Source of the DNA: a virus
Lineage: Duplodnaviria > Caudoviricetes
Direction: 5' to 3' (one strand)
IMG/VR virus record: IMGVR_UViG_3300033076_001357
Coordinates: 1 to 64,000 of that record
DNA length: 64,000 nt
Under the pieces are notes generated by a model, which saw nothing but the letters and a program-made list of their open reading frames with translations, searched no databases and was not told the origin of the DNA. Numbering within the stretch: position 1 is the stretch's first letter; each line of letters begins with the position of its first letter. Shown here one piece after another: positions 32,997 through 41,941 of this stretch. Both the position numbers and the translations under genes were made by a program.

Positions 32997-33914
32997 TCAG
33001 GCCTTCGGGGGTGCGGAGACGACGTCCACCGACACCTTCACCACCGAGTCCTTGACGGCGGCCTCGACGGCAGCCACCAGCTGGCTCTTGACGCCGGGGC
33101 TCAGGGTGTTCAACGACGCCGACAGCTTCGGCATCAGCTGGTCCCAGGCGCTGGGACTCTTGGGGTCGGCCTTGTAGTCGCCAGCCAGGGCGTGCTGTAG
33201 CCACTGGCACAGGGCCAGGGCGGTGGAGTCGCGGACGTGAGCGGAGGTGACCGCGTTGACTACCTCCTCGTTGACGAACTTCCTGATCTGAGCTTCGGTG
33301 AACGGCAACGAATCCTCCTCGGTTGGGGGGCTGAACGACAGGGCCCATGACTGTAGCGTGCTGCGACTTGTCAAGCCGCAGTAGTCGAGATCCAGGCCAC
33401 GACTCTCGCCGTACTGGTGAAACATCCAGTGCGCCGTGATGCGGGGGTGCCCGATGGGCGCCCCGGGGTCGGCGATCCATAGGAAATCGCCGAAGTAGCT
33501 GGTGGTGTCGACGTTCTTCCAGTACTCGACGTTGCAGTACATGCCGACCGGGTTGTGCGGCATGCGGGACTTGATGTGCTTGAGCCAGGCGTCCTTGTAC
33601 GCCGCCTGAGTCGACTTGGACACGGACTGGTTGGCCGCGTCGTAGCCTTCCCAGTCGAGACAGATGAGGTCTCCCGGTTTCCAGTCCACCTTGCTCAGGA
33701 ACCGGTCACCCTCGGCCGTCGGGCTGTTGCTCATGACGGGGTAGTGGTAACCGCCCCACACGAGTCCGGCCTTCTTGGCGTCGTCTCGCTGGCTCACCCA
33801 CTTGGGGTTGGTGTAGCCGAGGCCTTCGGTGATCTTGGTGAAGGCAAAGCTAAGTCCAGCAGTGGACGGCGAGCTGTCCTGGTAGCTGGACCAGTCTTGT
33901 CCGTAGATTCCCAC
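32997..33914 (-). CDS. Endolysin, GH25 muramidase
   Basis: GQDWSSYQ; KITEG; GYHY; LDWEG; WIADP; QYG..LD.D. Confidence 0.88.
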   Translation of the reverse strand: MGIYGQDWSSYQDSSPSTAGLSFAFTKITEGLGYTNPKWVSQRDDAKKAGLVWGGYHYPVMSNSPTAEGDRFLSKVDWKPGDLICLDWEGYDAANQSVSKSTQAAYKDAWLKHIKSRMPHNPVGMYCNVEYWKNVDTTSYFGDFLWIADPGAPIGHPRITAHWMFHQYGESRGLDLDYCGLTSRSTLQSWALSFSPPTEEDSLPFTEAQIRKFVNEEVVNAVTSAHVRDSTALALCQWLQHALAGDYKADPKSPSAWDQLMPKLSASLNTLSPGVKSQLVAAVEAAVKDSVVKVSVDVVSAPPKA

Positions 33915-33917
33915 AGG

Positions 33918-34391
33918 CTACTTCTCCTCAGGGTCGGTCCTCAGGGCGGCGAACTGGGCGGCGGAAAGGAACTCGGCGGGGGTAGCCAGCCCCTCCCGGT
34001 GGAACCGCACGTTCTGCCACAGAGGCTCCGGTAGAACGTGGATGCCGTACCGGGTCCGGTGGTGGTTGGAGCACAGCACCTCAAGGTTTCCTGGTTGCTC
34101 CACCCACTGCTGGAAGTCCTCGTCGCTGTCGAAGTGCAAGCCGTAGGCCTTTTCCACCTTGTGGGGGTCGACCTGGCCGATGGCGGAGAACTCGATGTGG
34201 CTGTGGTGCAGCTCGGGCTGGCCGCCACACAGCTCGTCGTTGATGATGCACTTCCACAGGCCCTGGGACTTCAGCCTGCGCTTGGCCTCCTCGAACAGGT
34301 GGTAGTGAGGGTCGGTTTCACGAGGCTCGTGAGCTTCGACGTGCTGCACCAGATGCAGGGTCATCATCTGGTCGTGTGCGTTGACGGTCAT
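33918..34391 (-). CDS. HNH-like protein in the lysis cassette
   Basis: C..C...ELHH...NLEVLC..HHR..GIH. Confidence 0.6.
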   Translation of the reverse strand: MTVNAHDQMMTLHLVQHVEAHEPRETDPHYHLFEEAKRRLKSQGLWKCIINDELCGGQPELHHSHIEFSAIGQVDPHKVEKAYGLHFDSDEDFQQWVEQPGNLEVLCSNHHRTRYGIHVLPEPLWQNVRFHREGLATPAEFLSAAQFAALRTDPEEK

Positions 34392-34417
34392 CGCGGCTCC
34401 CAGCTAACGGGCGCGGT

Positions 34418-34672
34418 TCATTTATTGTCTAGGTTACCACAGGTGAAAACCGAAGAATAGGAGGCGGTGCGGCTGTACCCGGTAAGCCGCAGACGGTTCA
34501 GTTCCTCGGTAAGACTGCGGATAGTTTGCTGATCAGTCGTCCTACTGCGCTCCAGGTGCGCGTTGCTGGTAGACAGCAGATTTACTGACCAGCCCACAAA
34601 CATCAGCGCTGACAGCATGGCCGTGGCGGCCAGGGTGGTGATCAGACACACCACCCGGTCTCTGGTAACCAT
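34418..34672 (-). CDS. Membrane protein (holin/lysis accessory candidate)
   Basis: N-terminal transmembrane helix followed by coiled coil. Confidence 0.5.
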   Translation of the reverse strand: MVTRDRVVCLITTLAATAMLSALMFVGWSVNLLSTSNAHLERSRTTDQQTIRSLTEELNRLRLTGYSRTASYSSVFTCGNLDNK

Positions 34673-34674
34673 TA

Positions 34675-34983
34675 TTATTTGGCCCCCTGAGCGGCGCTGT
34701 ACGCCTGAATCACCAGACCGATTATGCCGATGGTTACGGTCACCACGGCCAGTATCTGGCTTTTGGTGACTCCAGGCTTGGCTTCCAAGACGCCGACGCG
34801 CGAACGGACGTTTTCCAGGTCCTCGTCTCGGTTGTGCTCTATCTGGTCGTGCACGTCCACATGGACCGAAGAAGCGGCCACTTGGTCTATTCTGGCGTGC
34901 AGCAGCTTGTGTTCGTTGTCAGACCTCTTTTCGTGGTCTCGTAGTCTTCGGTCCAGCTCCCCCACGGTAACGTCATTCGACAC
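34675..34983 (-). CDS. Membrane protein (holin-like candidate)
   Basis: Coiled coil plus C-terminal transmembrane helix; upstream of the endolysin. Confidence 0.55.
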   Translation of the reverse strand: MSNDVTVGELDRRLRDHEKRSDNEHKLLHARIDQVAASSVHVDVHDQIEHNRDEDLENVRSRVGVLEAKPGVTKSQILAVVTVTIGIIGLVIQAYSAAQGAK

Positions 34984-35017
34984 AGGCCCTCCTGTTCATC
35001 GCAGGTCCGCAGCTGAA

Positions 35018-37450
35018 TCACAGCAGCTGAGGTATCAGTGACGGTAGGTGACGATTGACGTAACTGACAGTGCTGACAGCTGCGGTGCAACGGGTCAACT
35101 CTGGGGACAGGTTGAGCCGTATGTCAGACAAGTAAAGCAGGTTAGCTGCGCTAGGTGTTCCCCCCAAGGTGGGCACCACCGTGGCCCGGGACGCTCCCGA
35201 CGGTACGGCGAACCAGTTGCCGACAAAGGTCCACGTAGTGGCTGGTAGGGATACGATAGTGTTAGAGGTAGAAAGGTAAACGCTGGCGCTGTCGTACCAG
35301 TTGGTGGACAGCGAGAAGCTGGAGGTTCCCAGAGCCGAGTACAGCCACCCGCTGACGTAAACGTAGTTAGGGGCCCCGCTGCTGGCCAGGTTTATCGGGA
35401 TGTTTTCCTTTTCGGACTCTACGTATACTGTGGCCGAGGTGCCGTTAGGGGTAATAAGCCCGGAAAACAGGTACCCACCATGGACGTGGGCGCTGGATTG
35501 AGTAAAGGTGCAGTTGACCGGCGTCCAGTTACTCACCCCGCTAGCAAACGTGGGATTGACGTTCAGAGCCGAGGTAGAATGTACGGTGGTGTCGGACATC
35601 AGCAGCGGCAGGTTGGCATAACTGTACCCGATGTAGCTCCACCTGGAGGCCAGGTTGGCAAACGCTCCGCTGCCCGAGTTTCCGGCGTCAGGGTCCGCCC
35701 AGATGTGATACACGTTAGAGTCATTGATGAAGTTACCGGCCGTGTCGGTTGTAACAACGTTGGCCTGGTTGTCGTACACCACTACTGGCACCGAGTATCC
35801 GGCCCTCAGGGTGGACCACGAAGTTCCGTGTCGGGAAGCCACCAAGGCGTCCGAGCTGTACGATCCGTTGGCTATGGGGATGCTGACGTAGTCGTTCTCG
35901 GTTACCTGGTTGACCTGAGTGAACACTATGTGGTACACCGCGCCGTTGGTCAGGCCGGTGGCCACCAGCGGGATGGAGATCGCCGGTACCGGAGTGAAGG
36001 TAACCTGTTGGTACTGGATGTCGGTGCTGTCGCCGTTGACGGGCATGATGGCCACCACGTCCCATGACCCGTCACCGTTGTCGAACGCGCCCGAAGGTCC
36101 CACCAGGTCGTTGGGGCCACTGACCGAGCTGGTGATGGTCCACTTGTTGGTGACCCAGTGATGATTGAACCCGTAGCTGTTTCCCGACTGTATTAGCGTC
36201 TCGTTGACCGGGGAGACGGTGCCTACTACCGTGTTGTACCCGCCGATGATGCAGGTGGCTGTACCGCCCAAGCTGACTGCGTTGGCAGTGATGTCGTACG
36301 CGTCGACGCCCGTGGGTAGCGGAGACCCTACCTGCCAGGACCCGGTAAGGGTGCCGTCGGCGTTGATGGGAGTATAGTAAACGGCGGTGCTGCTGGTGCC
36401 CGTGCCAGCCAGAGCCGGGATGCCGCCCGACACCACCAGCCAGCTGTCCACCACCGTGACGAAAGCTCCGGTCAGCTTTTGCTGTAGCGCGGGACCGGTT
36501 ACCCAGCTGCCGATGTGGCCGTTGGATATGGTGGCGTAGTACACTGTATTGGCGGGGGTAGGTCCGGTGACGTCCCCGCCGACTACGTATACCGTGTTGT
36601 TGTAGCTGGCGCCACCGGCGTGAGCCACGGCGGTAGGTAGCGAGGACGCGGCTGACCACTGCCCGATTATGCCCTGGTTGGAATCCCAGCTGGCCACAAA
36701 CACGTTGTTGACGTGTGTGTAAACTCCCCCGGACAGCGTCTGTCCGCCAGCGAATACTATGGTGTCGCTGGTGGTTATCACGGTGGCGTTGCTGGCGCCG
36801 ACAGGTAGGGACGGCTGGAAGGTGGCCTGACTCAGCGCCCCTCCGCCAAGGTACTCGTAGGTGAACACCTTGTTGGTGCTGGACACACCATTGTCACCGC
36901 CAGCGCCGATGATGTAGTCACCGCTGTAAGTGAAGCACCCGGAGGACAGGGCGGTCATAATGATGCTGTCGCCGACGGGGGGCGCGATGGTGCTGGTTAC
37001 GGTACCGCCGCTGAGATAGTAGGTGTTGTTCTGGGGAAGCGCACCTGGCCCCGCGTCGGTCAGCCCGGTCGGGGCGGCCAGTGTATTGATTATGCCCGCT
37101 GGCACCAAGGTCTGAGCCAAGGCGCCAGCGGCTATGTTGGGCGATCCTGCCGAGTTACTGTACAAGCTGACCAGAACGTCGCCACCGTTTCCTACCGGCA
37201 ACAATGGGACCAGTACCCGGCCCATCACAGTGCCAGACATGGTTATTGGCTGGCTGACGTCCTGAAGGGTGCTGGGGTTGTACCACACCAGGTTGTCCCC
37301 GCTGAGAGGAGACAGCTTGCGGGCGCCGTTGTATCCTATCCGTAGGTTGTGTGTCCCCACGAATTGTGATATGTGCGCCGCGTGGTTCACCGCAGACAGG
37401 TCTACAGGCAAACCGTTGCTGACTGCGGAGTAATTCGGTGTGGTGGCCAC
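35018..37450 (-). CDS. Minor tail/receptor-binding protein with kelch propeller and C-terminal carbohydrate-binding-like module
   Basis: Repeated GG-Y...W kelch units; VNPTFASGVSNW CBM-like start. Confidence 0.7.
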   Translation of the reverse strand: MATTPNYSAVSNGLPVDLSAVNHAAHISQFVGTHNLRIGYNGARKLSPLSGDNLVWYNPSTLQDVSQPITMSGTVMGRVLVPLLPVGNGGDVLVSLYSNSAGSPNIAAGALAQTLVPAGIINTLAAPTGLTDAGPGALPQNNTYYLSGGTVTSTIAPPVGDSIIMTALSSGCFTYSGDYIIGAGGDNGVSSTNKVFTYEYLGGGALSQATFQPSLPVGASNATVITTSDTIVFAGGQTLSGGVYTHVNNVFVASWDSNQGIIGQWSAASSLPTAVAHAGGASYNNTVYVVGGDVTGPTPANTVYYATISNGHIGSWVTGPALQQKLTGAFVTVVDSWLVVSGGIPALAGTGTSSTAVYYTPINADGTLTGSWQVGSPLPTGVDAYDITANAVSLGGTATCIIGGYNTVVGTVSPVNETLIQSGNSYGFNHHWVTNKWTITSSVSGPNDLVGPSGAFDNGDGSWDVVAIMPVNGDSTDIQYQQVTFTPVPAISIPLVATGLTNGAVYHIVFTQVNQVTENDYVSIPIANGSYSSDALVASRHGTSWSTLRAGYSVPVVVYDNQANVVTTDTAGNFINDSNVYHIWADPDAGNSGSGAFANLASRWSYIGYSYANLPLLMSDTTVHSTSALNVNPTFASGVSNWTPVNCTFTQSSAHVHGGYLFSGLITPNGTSATVYVESEKENIPINLASSGAPNYVYVSGWLYSALGTSSFSLSTNWYDSASVYLSTSNTIVSLPATTWTFVGNWFAVPSGASRATVVPTLGGTPSAANLLYLSDIRLNLSPELTRCTAAVSTVSYVNRHLPSLIPQLL

Positions 37451-37461
37451 AGTTAACTACC

Positions 37462-37704
37462 TTACAGGAACACGGTGGGGTTCAGGTTGGGGGACCCGCT
37501 GGAGCTGGTGTTGACGTCGGTGACCTTGCTGATGGTGATGTTCAGGAAGATGCCGGTAGGCCAGGCGACGTTCTGCAGCCGGGTGACCACGTCCAGGGCC
37601 ATGGCGTCGGTCACGCCGTCGCTGGCGTTCAGGGTTATGTTACCCCCGGAGTTACCGATGCCGATGCCGATCAGGTACTGCGTGACGGTGTTGGTGCTGC
37701 TCAT
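37462..37704 (-). CDS. Small virion-associated protein
   Basis: GGAG RBS, in the tail operon. Confidence 0.6.
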   Translation of the reverse strand: MSSTNTVTQYLIGIGIGNSGGNITLNASDGVTDAMALDVVTRLQNVAWPTGIFLNITISKVTDVNTSSSGSPNLNPTVFL

Positions 37705-37725
37705 TGAGGAACTCCGTTCTCGACG

Positions 37726-38232
37726 TTACGGGTGATCCCACCTGATCCACAGCATGGTTACGATGTCCGCGCCGATGTAGGTAGTGAGGGTGGACCCAGA
37801 GTTCTGAAGCCCCTGTAGCTCCAGGTAGTCTCCTACCACTAGACCGGTAAGGTTTCGGGTGGGGAGGGTGATTCCGGTGCTGATGGCGGTGGACGTGGGG
37901 GTGGCCATCATCGAGGCTAGCCCCGGTATAGCGCTTCCGTTTTTTGCCAAGCGTGCTCCCCGCAGGCCCGTGGTGTTGGCCTGGAAGGTAACGCTGCCGC
38001 CGATGGTGTACGTGCCTGCCACCTGGATCGTATAGCGGGTGTTGTTCACGGAGGTAGAGTGACCACTGTAGTTGTCCACCAGGATGCCCGCGCTGTCGGC
38101 AAAGTTCAGAGACAACCAGGAGGTGCCGGAGGTCATCGAGGTGCTGGTGGCGGTCTGGATGGCCAGGAACTCCGGGGGGTTGTTCCTGAACTGAATGGAG
38201 GCAAGGTTCAGAACTTCGAGAGTGGACGCCAT
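37726..38232 (-). CDS. Minor tail protein (C1q/TNF-like beta domain)
   Basis: RYTIQVAGTY.I.GSV...GDYLELQG.QNSG. Confidence 0.65.
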   Translation of the reverse strand: MASTLEVLNLASIQFRNNPPEFLAIQTATSTSMTSGTSWLSLNFADSAGILVDNYSGHSTSVNNTRYTIQVAGTYTIGGSVTFQANTTGLRGARLAKNGSAIPGLASMMATPTSTAISTGITLPTRNLTGLVVGDYLELQGLQNSGSTLTTYIGADIVTMLWIRWDHP

Positions 38233-38235
38233 TGG

Positions 38236-38991
38236 TCAGCTCACCACCGATAGTGATCCGTTCGAGTATGAAAACGTACGGTACGACTGGATGTACCCCG
38301 CTTGTCCCACGGTGTACTCGGAGTAGGACGCCATGGTGCGCGTGTTGGCGTTGTACACATAGAAAGTCCATCGTTTGCCGCCGTCCTCCCACACCGAGAA
38401 CAGCTGGCCGCTGGGAGTCTGGTCGAACACGGTGTATCTGAAACCGTACGCCTGCGGGGTCCAGGTTATCCCGTCAGGGGAGGTGGAAGCTCCGGACACG
38501 GACGCTGACTGATACCAGGTGTAGTTGTTGACCGGGTCTCCGGCCGCCGCCAGCACCAGCCAGTACGTGGCCCCGTTGGTCAGACCGGTAGCTGGCAGCG
38601 GGTAATACGTACGGGTGTTGACAGCGCCGTTGGCAGTGGTGAGATACGCGTACTCAGCGGTCACAGCGGTACTGACTATCGGTGACCCCGAGGGGGCGCC
38701 AGCCGAGTTGGCGTACAGACTCAGCGTGGTGGGGGTGAGGCCGGATCCGCCGGTCGACACCGTGGTTTCTATGGGGGCCCGCACCAGCCCTACGGTGGTC
38801 CCCACCATGGTGAAAGACTGGGCCAGGTAAGTCAGGTAGGTGCTGGTGGACGCGGTGCCGTTGGTGGTGACCGAGGCTATGGACACGCCGTTGTACAGGT
38901 CCTGCGAGACGTGGGACCCCAAAAACTGGTTGACGTGGTCGGCTTTTGGGGGACTGCCGGTAGAAGCCGTCTGCCAGTTGGGAGTTACCAT
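38236..38991 (-). CDS. Minor tail protein (paralog of 38991..39740)
   Basis: Shared NQFLG, QSFT, SPDG.TWT, EDxG.RW motifs. Confidence 0.7.
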   Translation of the reverse strand: MVTPNWQTASTGSPPKADHVNQFLGSHVSQDLYNGVSIASVTTNGTASTSTYLTYLAQSFTMVGTTVGLVRAPIETTVSTGGSGLTPTTLSLYANSAGAPSGSPIVSTAVTAEYAYLTTANGAVNTRTYYPLPATGLTNGATYWLVLAAAGDPVNNYTWYQSASVSGASTSPDGITWTPQAYGFRYTVFDQTPSGQLFSVWEDGGKRWTFYVYNANTRTMASYSEYTVGQAGYIQSYRTFSYSNGSLSVVS

Positions 38992-39740
38992 CAGCTGACC
39001 CCCGTCTGAAGTCCGTTGGTGTACGTAACAAACCTGGATGAGTACATGTACCCGACGGAGGTCTGACCCACGGTGAACTCGATTATGTTATTGAGGTTGC
39101 CCGTGGAACCGTAGGAGAGACTGGTCCATCGGGTGCCGTCGTCTTCGACGATGAGGGTGGGCTGGCCGTAAGTTACCGTCGTATCCAGAACCTGATAGGT
39201 CAGGCCGTACGACTGGGCGGTCCAGGTAACTCCGTCGGGAGACAGCGCAGCCCCGGACACCTGGTTCGACTGCAACCACTGGTAGTGGTTGGTGACCGTG
39301 CCTACTGGGGCTGTAACCAAGTGATAAACGGTGCTGGCGGTTACAGAAGCCACCAGCGGGAACGTCACCCAGGTACCGGACGTGGCTATGTACTCGCTGG
39401 GGACCAGAACCGAGGCCAGCGCGCTGCCGGTGGGGAACCCGGTGGCGGGGTCATCCGCGTACAGCGACAAGTTGAGTACGGGAGGTGCTGACGGACCTAC
39501 TCCGCTCACCCGCAGCAGCACCTGGCCGATGGCCGTCTGCCCTACGGCGGTGGTGAACGACTGCGAGATGTACTGACCGACTGTAGATACGTTTACGGCT
39601 CCGGCGGTAGTCTGAGAGGCTTTGACTGTTCCGTTTCCATACACCATCTGGGCGGTGTGAAGCCCTAGGAACTGGTTTATCTGACCCGCTGTGGCGTCCT
39701 GGCCAGCGGTCGCCGCCAGCCAGGTGGGAGTGGCTACCAC
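38991..39740 (-). CDS. Minor tail protein
   Basis: Position after TMP; paralog of the downstream gene. Confidence 0.7.
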   Translation of the reverse strand: MVATPTWLAATAGQDATAGQINQFLGLHTAQMVYGNGTVKASQTTAGAVNVSTVGQYISQSFTTAVGQTAIGQVLLRVSGVGPSAPPVLNLSLYADDPATGFPTGSALASVLVPSEYIATSGTWVTFPLVASVTASTVYHLVTAPVGTVTNHYQWLQSNQVSGAALSPDGVTWTAQSYGLTYQVLDTTVTYGQPTLIVEDDGTRWTSLSYGSTGNLNNIIEFTVGQTSVGYMYSSRFVTYTNGLQTGVS

Positions 39741-39755
39741 GCGTCGCCCGCCTTC

Positions 39756-40283
39756 CTACGAGATGCTGAACGTAGCCTGCAACAGCAAGGTGTCAGTAGT
39801 GGGCACCGACAGCGGGGGGCTGAACGCCCAGTGGTCTATCAGAGTACCAGCCTGGGCCACCGTGGCGTTGCTGCTGGTGCCGTTGGCGAACACCCCGGCT
39901 TCGGTTACCGTCCAAGCGGTGGCGGGTGCCGGGAAGTAAAACAACCAGGTGACCTGAGCGGAGATGGAAGCGGTGGCGGGGGAAAACGCCCCGGCACCCA
40001 CCGTCTGTCGTCCGAGTTCGTTGAACAGCAGGGCGTCGGTGTTGGCCACGGTGCCTGCGCCCGACCCCACCGCCCCCCATAGCGGAGTTAGGTAAGTCGA
40101 AGTGGTGATGCCCAGGTTGCTGGCTTGGTCCTGTATGCCCGACCACACCAGCGCCGAAGCCAGCACGGTCTTACCGGCCAGGCACATTATGTTGTCGCCT
40201 TCGCGGCGGTCTCGGACAGAGCCATCCGGGCGAAACACGGTAAGCGACAGCTTGCCGGACACGGTGATAGTGGATTCGCCCAT
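39756..40283 (-). CDS. Minor tail/baseplate protein
   Basis: AVGSG..TV..TD..L.NELGR...TEAGVF pattern. Confidence 0.7.
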   Translation of the reverse strand: MGESTITVSGKLSLTVFRPDGSVRDRREGDNIMCLAGKTVLASALVWSGIQDQASNLGITTSTYLTPLWGAVGSGAGTVANTDALLFNELGRQTVGAGAFSPATASISAQVTWLFYFPAPATAWTVTEAGVFANGTSSNATVAQAGTLIDHWAFSPPLSVPTTDTLLLQATFSIS

Positions 40284-40309
40284 AACTGAAGCGTATCACC
40301 TTAGTGATC

Positions 40310-40528
40310 CTAGGTCCAAGTGAACGTGCCCCAGGTAGCGTTGTCCCAGAACACCTGTGACAGCACTACAACAGATCCGGTGACAGATTCGCCTACGGAG
40401 AACGTCTCGTTGGTCTCTCCGAAGTCGCCCACGCCGTCAGTCACGTCGTTGGCCGTCTGCTGGGTGGACTGGTCGTTCATCGTGCCCAGGATATCGACCA
40501 ACGTGTAGGGACGAAAAACCCCCGGCAT
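40310..40528 (-). CDS. Small tail-associated protein
   Basis: GGGG RBS; in operon. Confidence 0.55.
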   Translation of the reverse strand: MPGVFRPYTLVDILGTMNDQSTQQTANDVTDGVGDFGETNETFSVGESVTGSVVVLSQVFWDNATWGTFTWT

Positions 40529-40534
40529 ATTAGA

Positions 40535-41941
40535 TCACACCCTGATGGCGGTTATGTTGCTGATACGGTGTCCGGTGGTGGTGAACGACACGCGGTTACC
40601 GGTAACAAGAAACGTGTCGTTGATACCCAGCGCGTAACTGTTCTGGGCGTCCGGCACAAACGCATTGACCACAGTGCACACCTGGCCCGACCGAACCCAT
40701 CCGATCCAGTCTTCGGTGGTGTTGAAGATGATGCGCTCTACCGCGAACGCGTACTCGGTCCGCTCCCGCATGGCCCGGTTCAGAGCCATGGGCACCGTGG
40801 TAAGCGACCGGTCCAGGATGTACGTGGCGAAGATGCCGTGGTTGGGACCCGGGTAGGTGGCCTGTGACTGGAAGTCGTTGGCGATAGCCACTACCGGTAC
40901 CTTGTAGTTGTACCAGATGGATATCTCTACGCCCTTGGCCGGTGGAGACGAAGTTGTCAGGGACCAGCCACCGACGCTGTTCTCCACCACCTGCCACGTG
41001 GAGCTGGACGCCGGAGACCCGGCTGGCACTACCGCCGGAGTTACCTTGGTCTTGTTCAACTTGATAATCGGTACGTCGATGACCGTGTACCGTAGCGGCC
41101 ACGCGGTCTGCACCCCATTACTTACCCATTTATCGGTGGGGTGGGGGGACGCGGTGCTGGTGGACCCATGGTATACAACGTTGGTGGCGCCCTGAACTAT
41201 GATGCGGTTACGGATGCCGGTACCGTCCCACTCGTAGTTCATGCTGTCTCGGCTGAAGTGACCCTCAGTAAGGGACCCGTCGGTGGTAGGGCTGGTGGTG
41301 AAAGTCACACCGGACACCTGAGCGGTGGTGGCGTCGAAGAAATGCAGCGCCCGGTTTTCGTCGACGTACCAGCCGAATGGAGTCTGCTTACCGGCCAGAA
41401 CAGATAGTTTGCGCCATGCGTTGGACAGTGTGTTGTAAGCCAGGATGAAACTGGCCAGCTGCGGGCCCTTCTGGACGAAGCCGCCGTTCTCGATGGTGTC
41501 GGCAGTGATACCGCAGTCAGCCTGTCGGGTCAAGCTGATTATTATCTGGTCCACGGTAAATCCGAAGAAGGTCCCGTGTACCTCCGAGGTGTCCGCATAG
41601 AAGGCGTAGTCAACGCACTGAAGCGTCCACTCGTTGACCGTAGGACTGACCACCGTAAGCTTGGGGTTGGTACACAGACCGGCGAACAGCGTCTGGCCAG
41701 CGGTGTTGTCCACCAGCTTGACCTGACTCAGCACCTGTATATGTATCGCGCTACCGCTGGTGGCGTACTCGTCAGTCAGTATGAAAGTGGCCGTGTCCCC
41801 CTGCCTACCAAAGTTCTGTGATATGGACGCCCCGCCGCTGCCGCCCGAATAAGTAAACTTGGCGGTGTAGTTTATCGGCGACCCCCCAGGGGGCGTCACC
41901 GTGAACGTGTAGTTGGGCAGAGGGGTAGGCAAGGTCGTCAC
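40535..41941 (-). CDS. Tail tip/baseplate hub protein
   Basis: Directly after TMP (GTGA overlap); WYVDENRALHF, NRIIVQG. Confidence 0.75.
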   Translation of the reverse strand: MTTLPTPLPNYTFTVTPPGGSPINYTAKFTYSGGSGGASISQNFGRQGDTATFILTDEYATSGSAIHIQVLSQVKLVDNTAGQTLFAGLCTNPKLTVVSPTVNEWTLQCVDYAFYADTSEVHGTFFGFTVDQIIISLTRQADCGITADTIENGGFVQKGPQLASFILAYNTLSNAWRKLSVLAGKQTPFGWYVDENRALHFFDATTAQVSGVTFTTSPTTDGSLTEGHFSRDSMNYEWDGTGIRNRIIVQGATNVVYHGSTSTASPHPTDKWVSNGVQTAWPLRYTVIDVPIIKLNKTKVTPAVVPAGSPASSSTWQVVENSVGGWSLTTSSPPAKGVEISIWYNYKVPVVAIANDFQSQATYPGPNHGIFATYILDRSLTTVPMALNRAMRERTEYAFAVERIIFNTTEDWIGWVRSGQVCTVVNAFVPDAQNSYALGINDTFLVTGNRVSFTTTGHRISNITAIRV

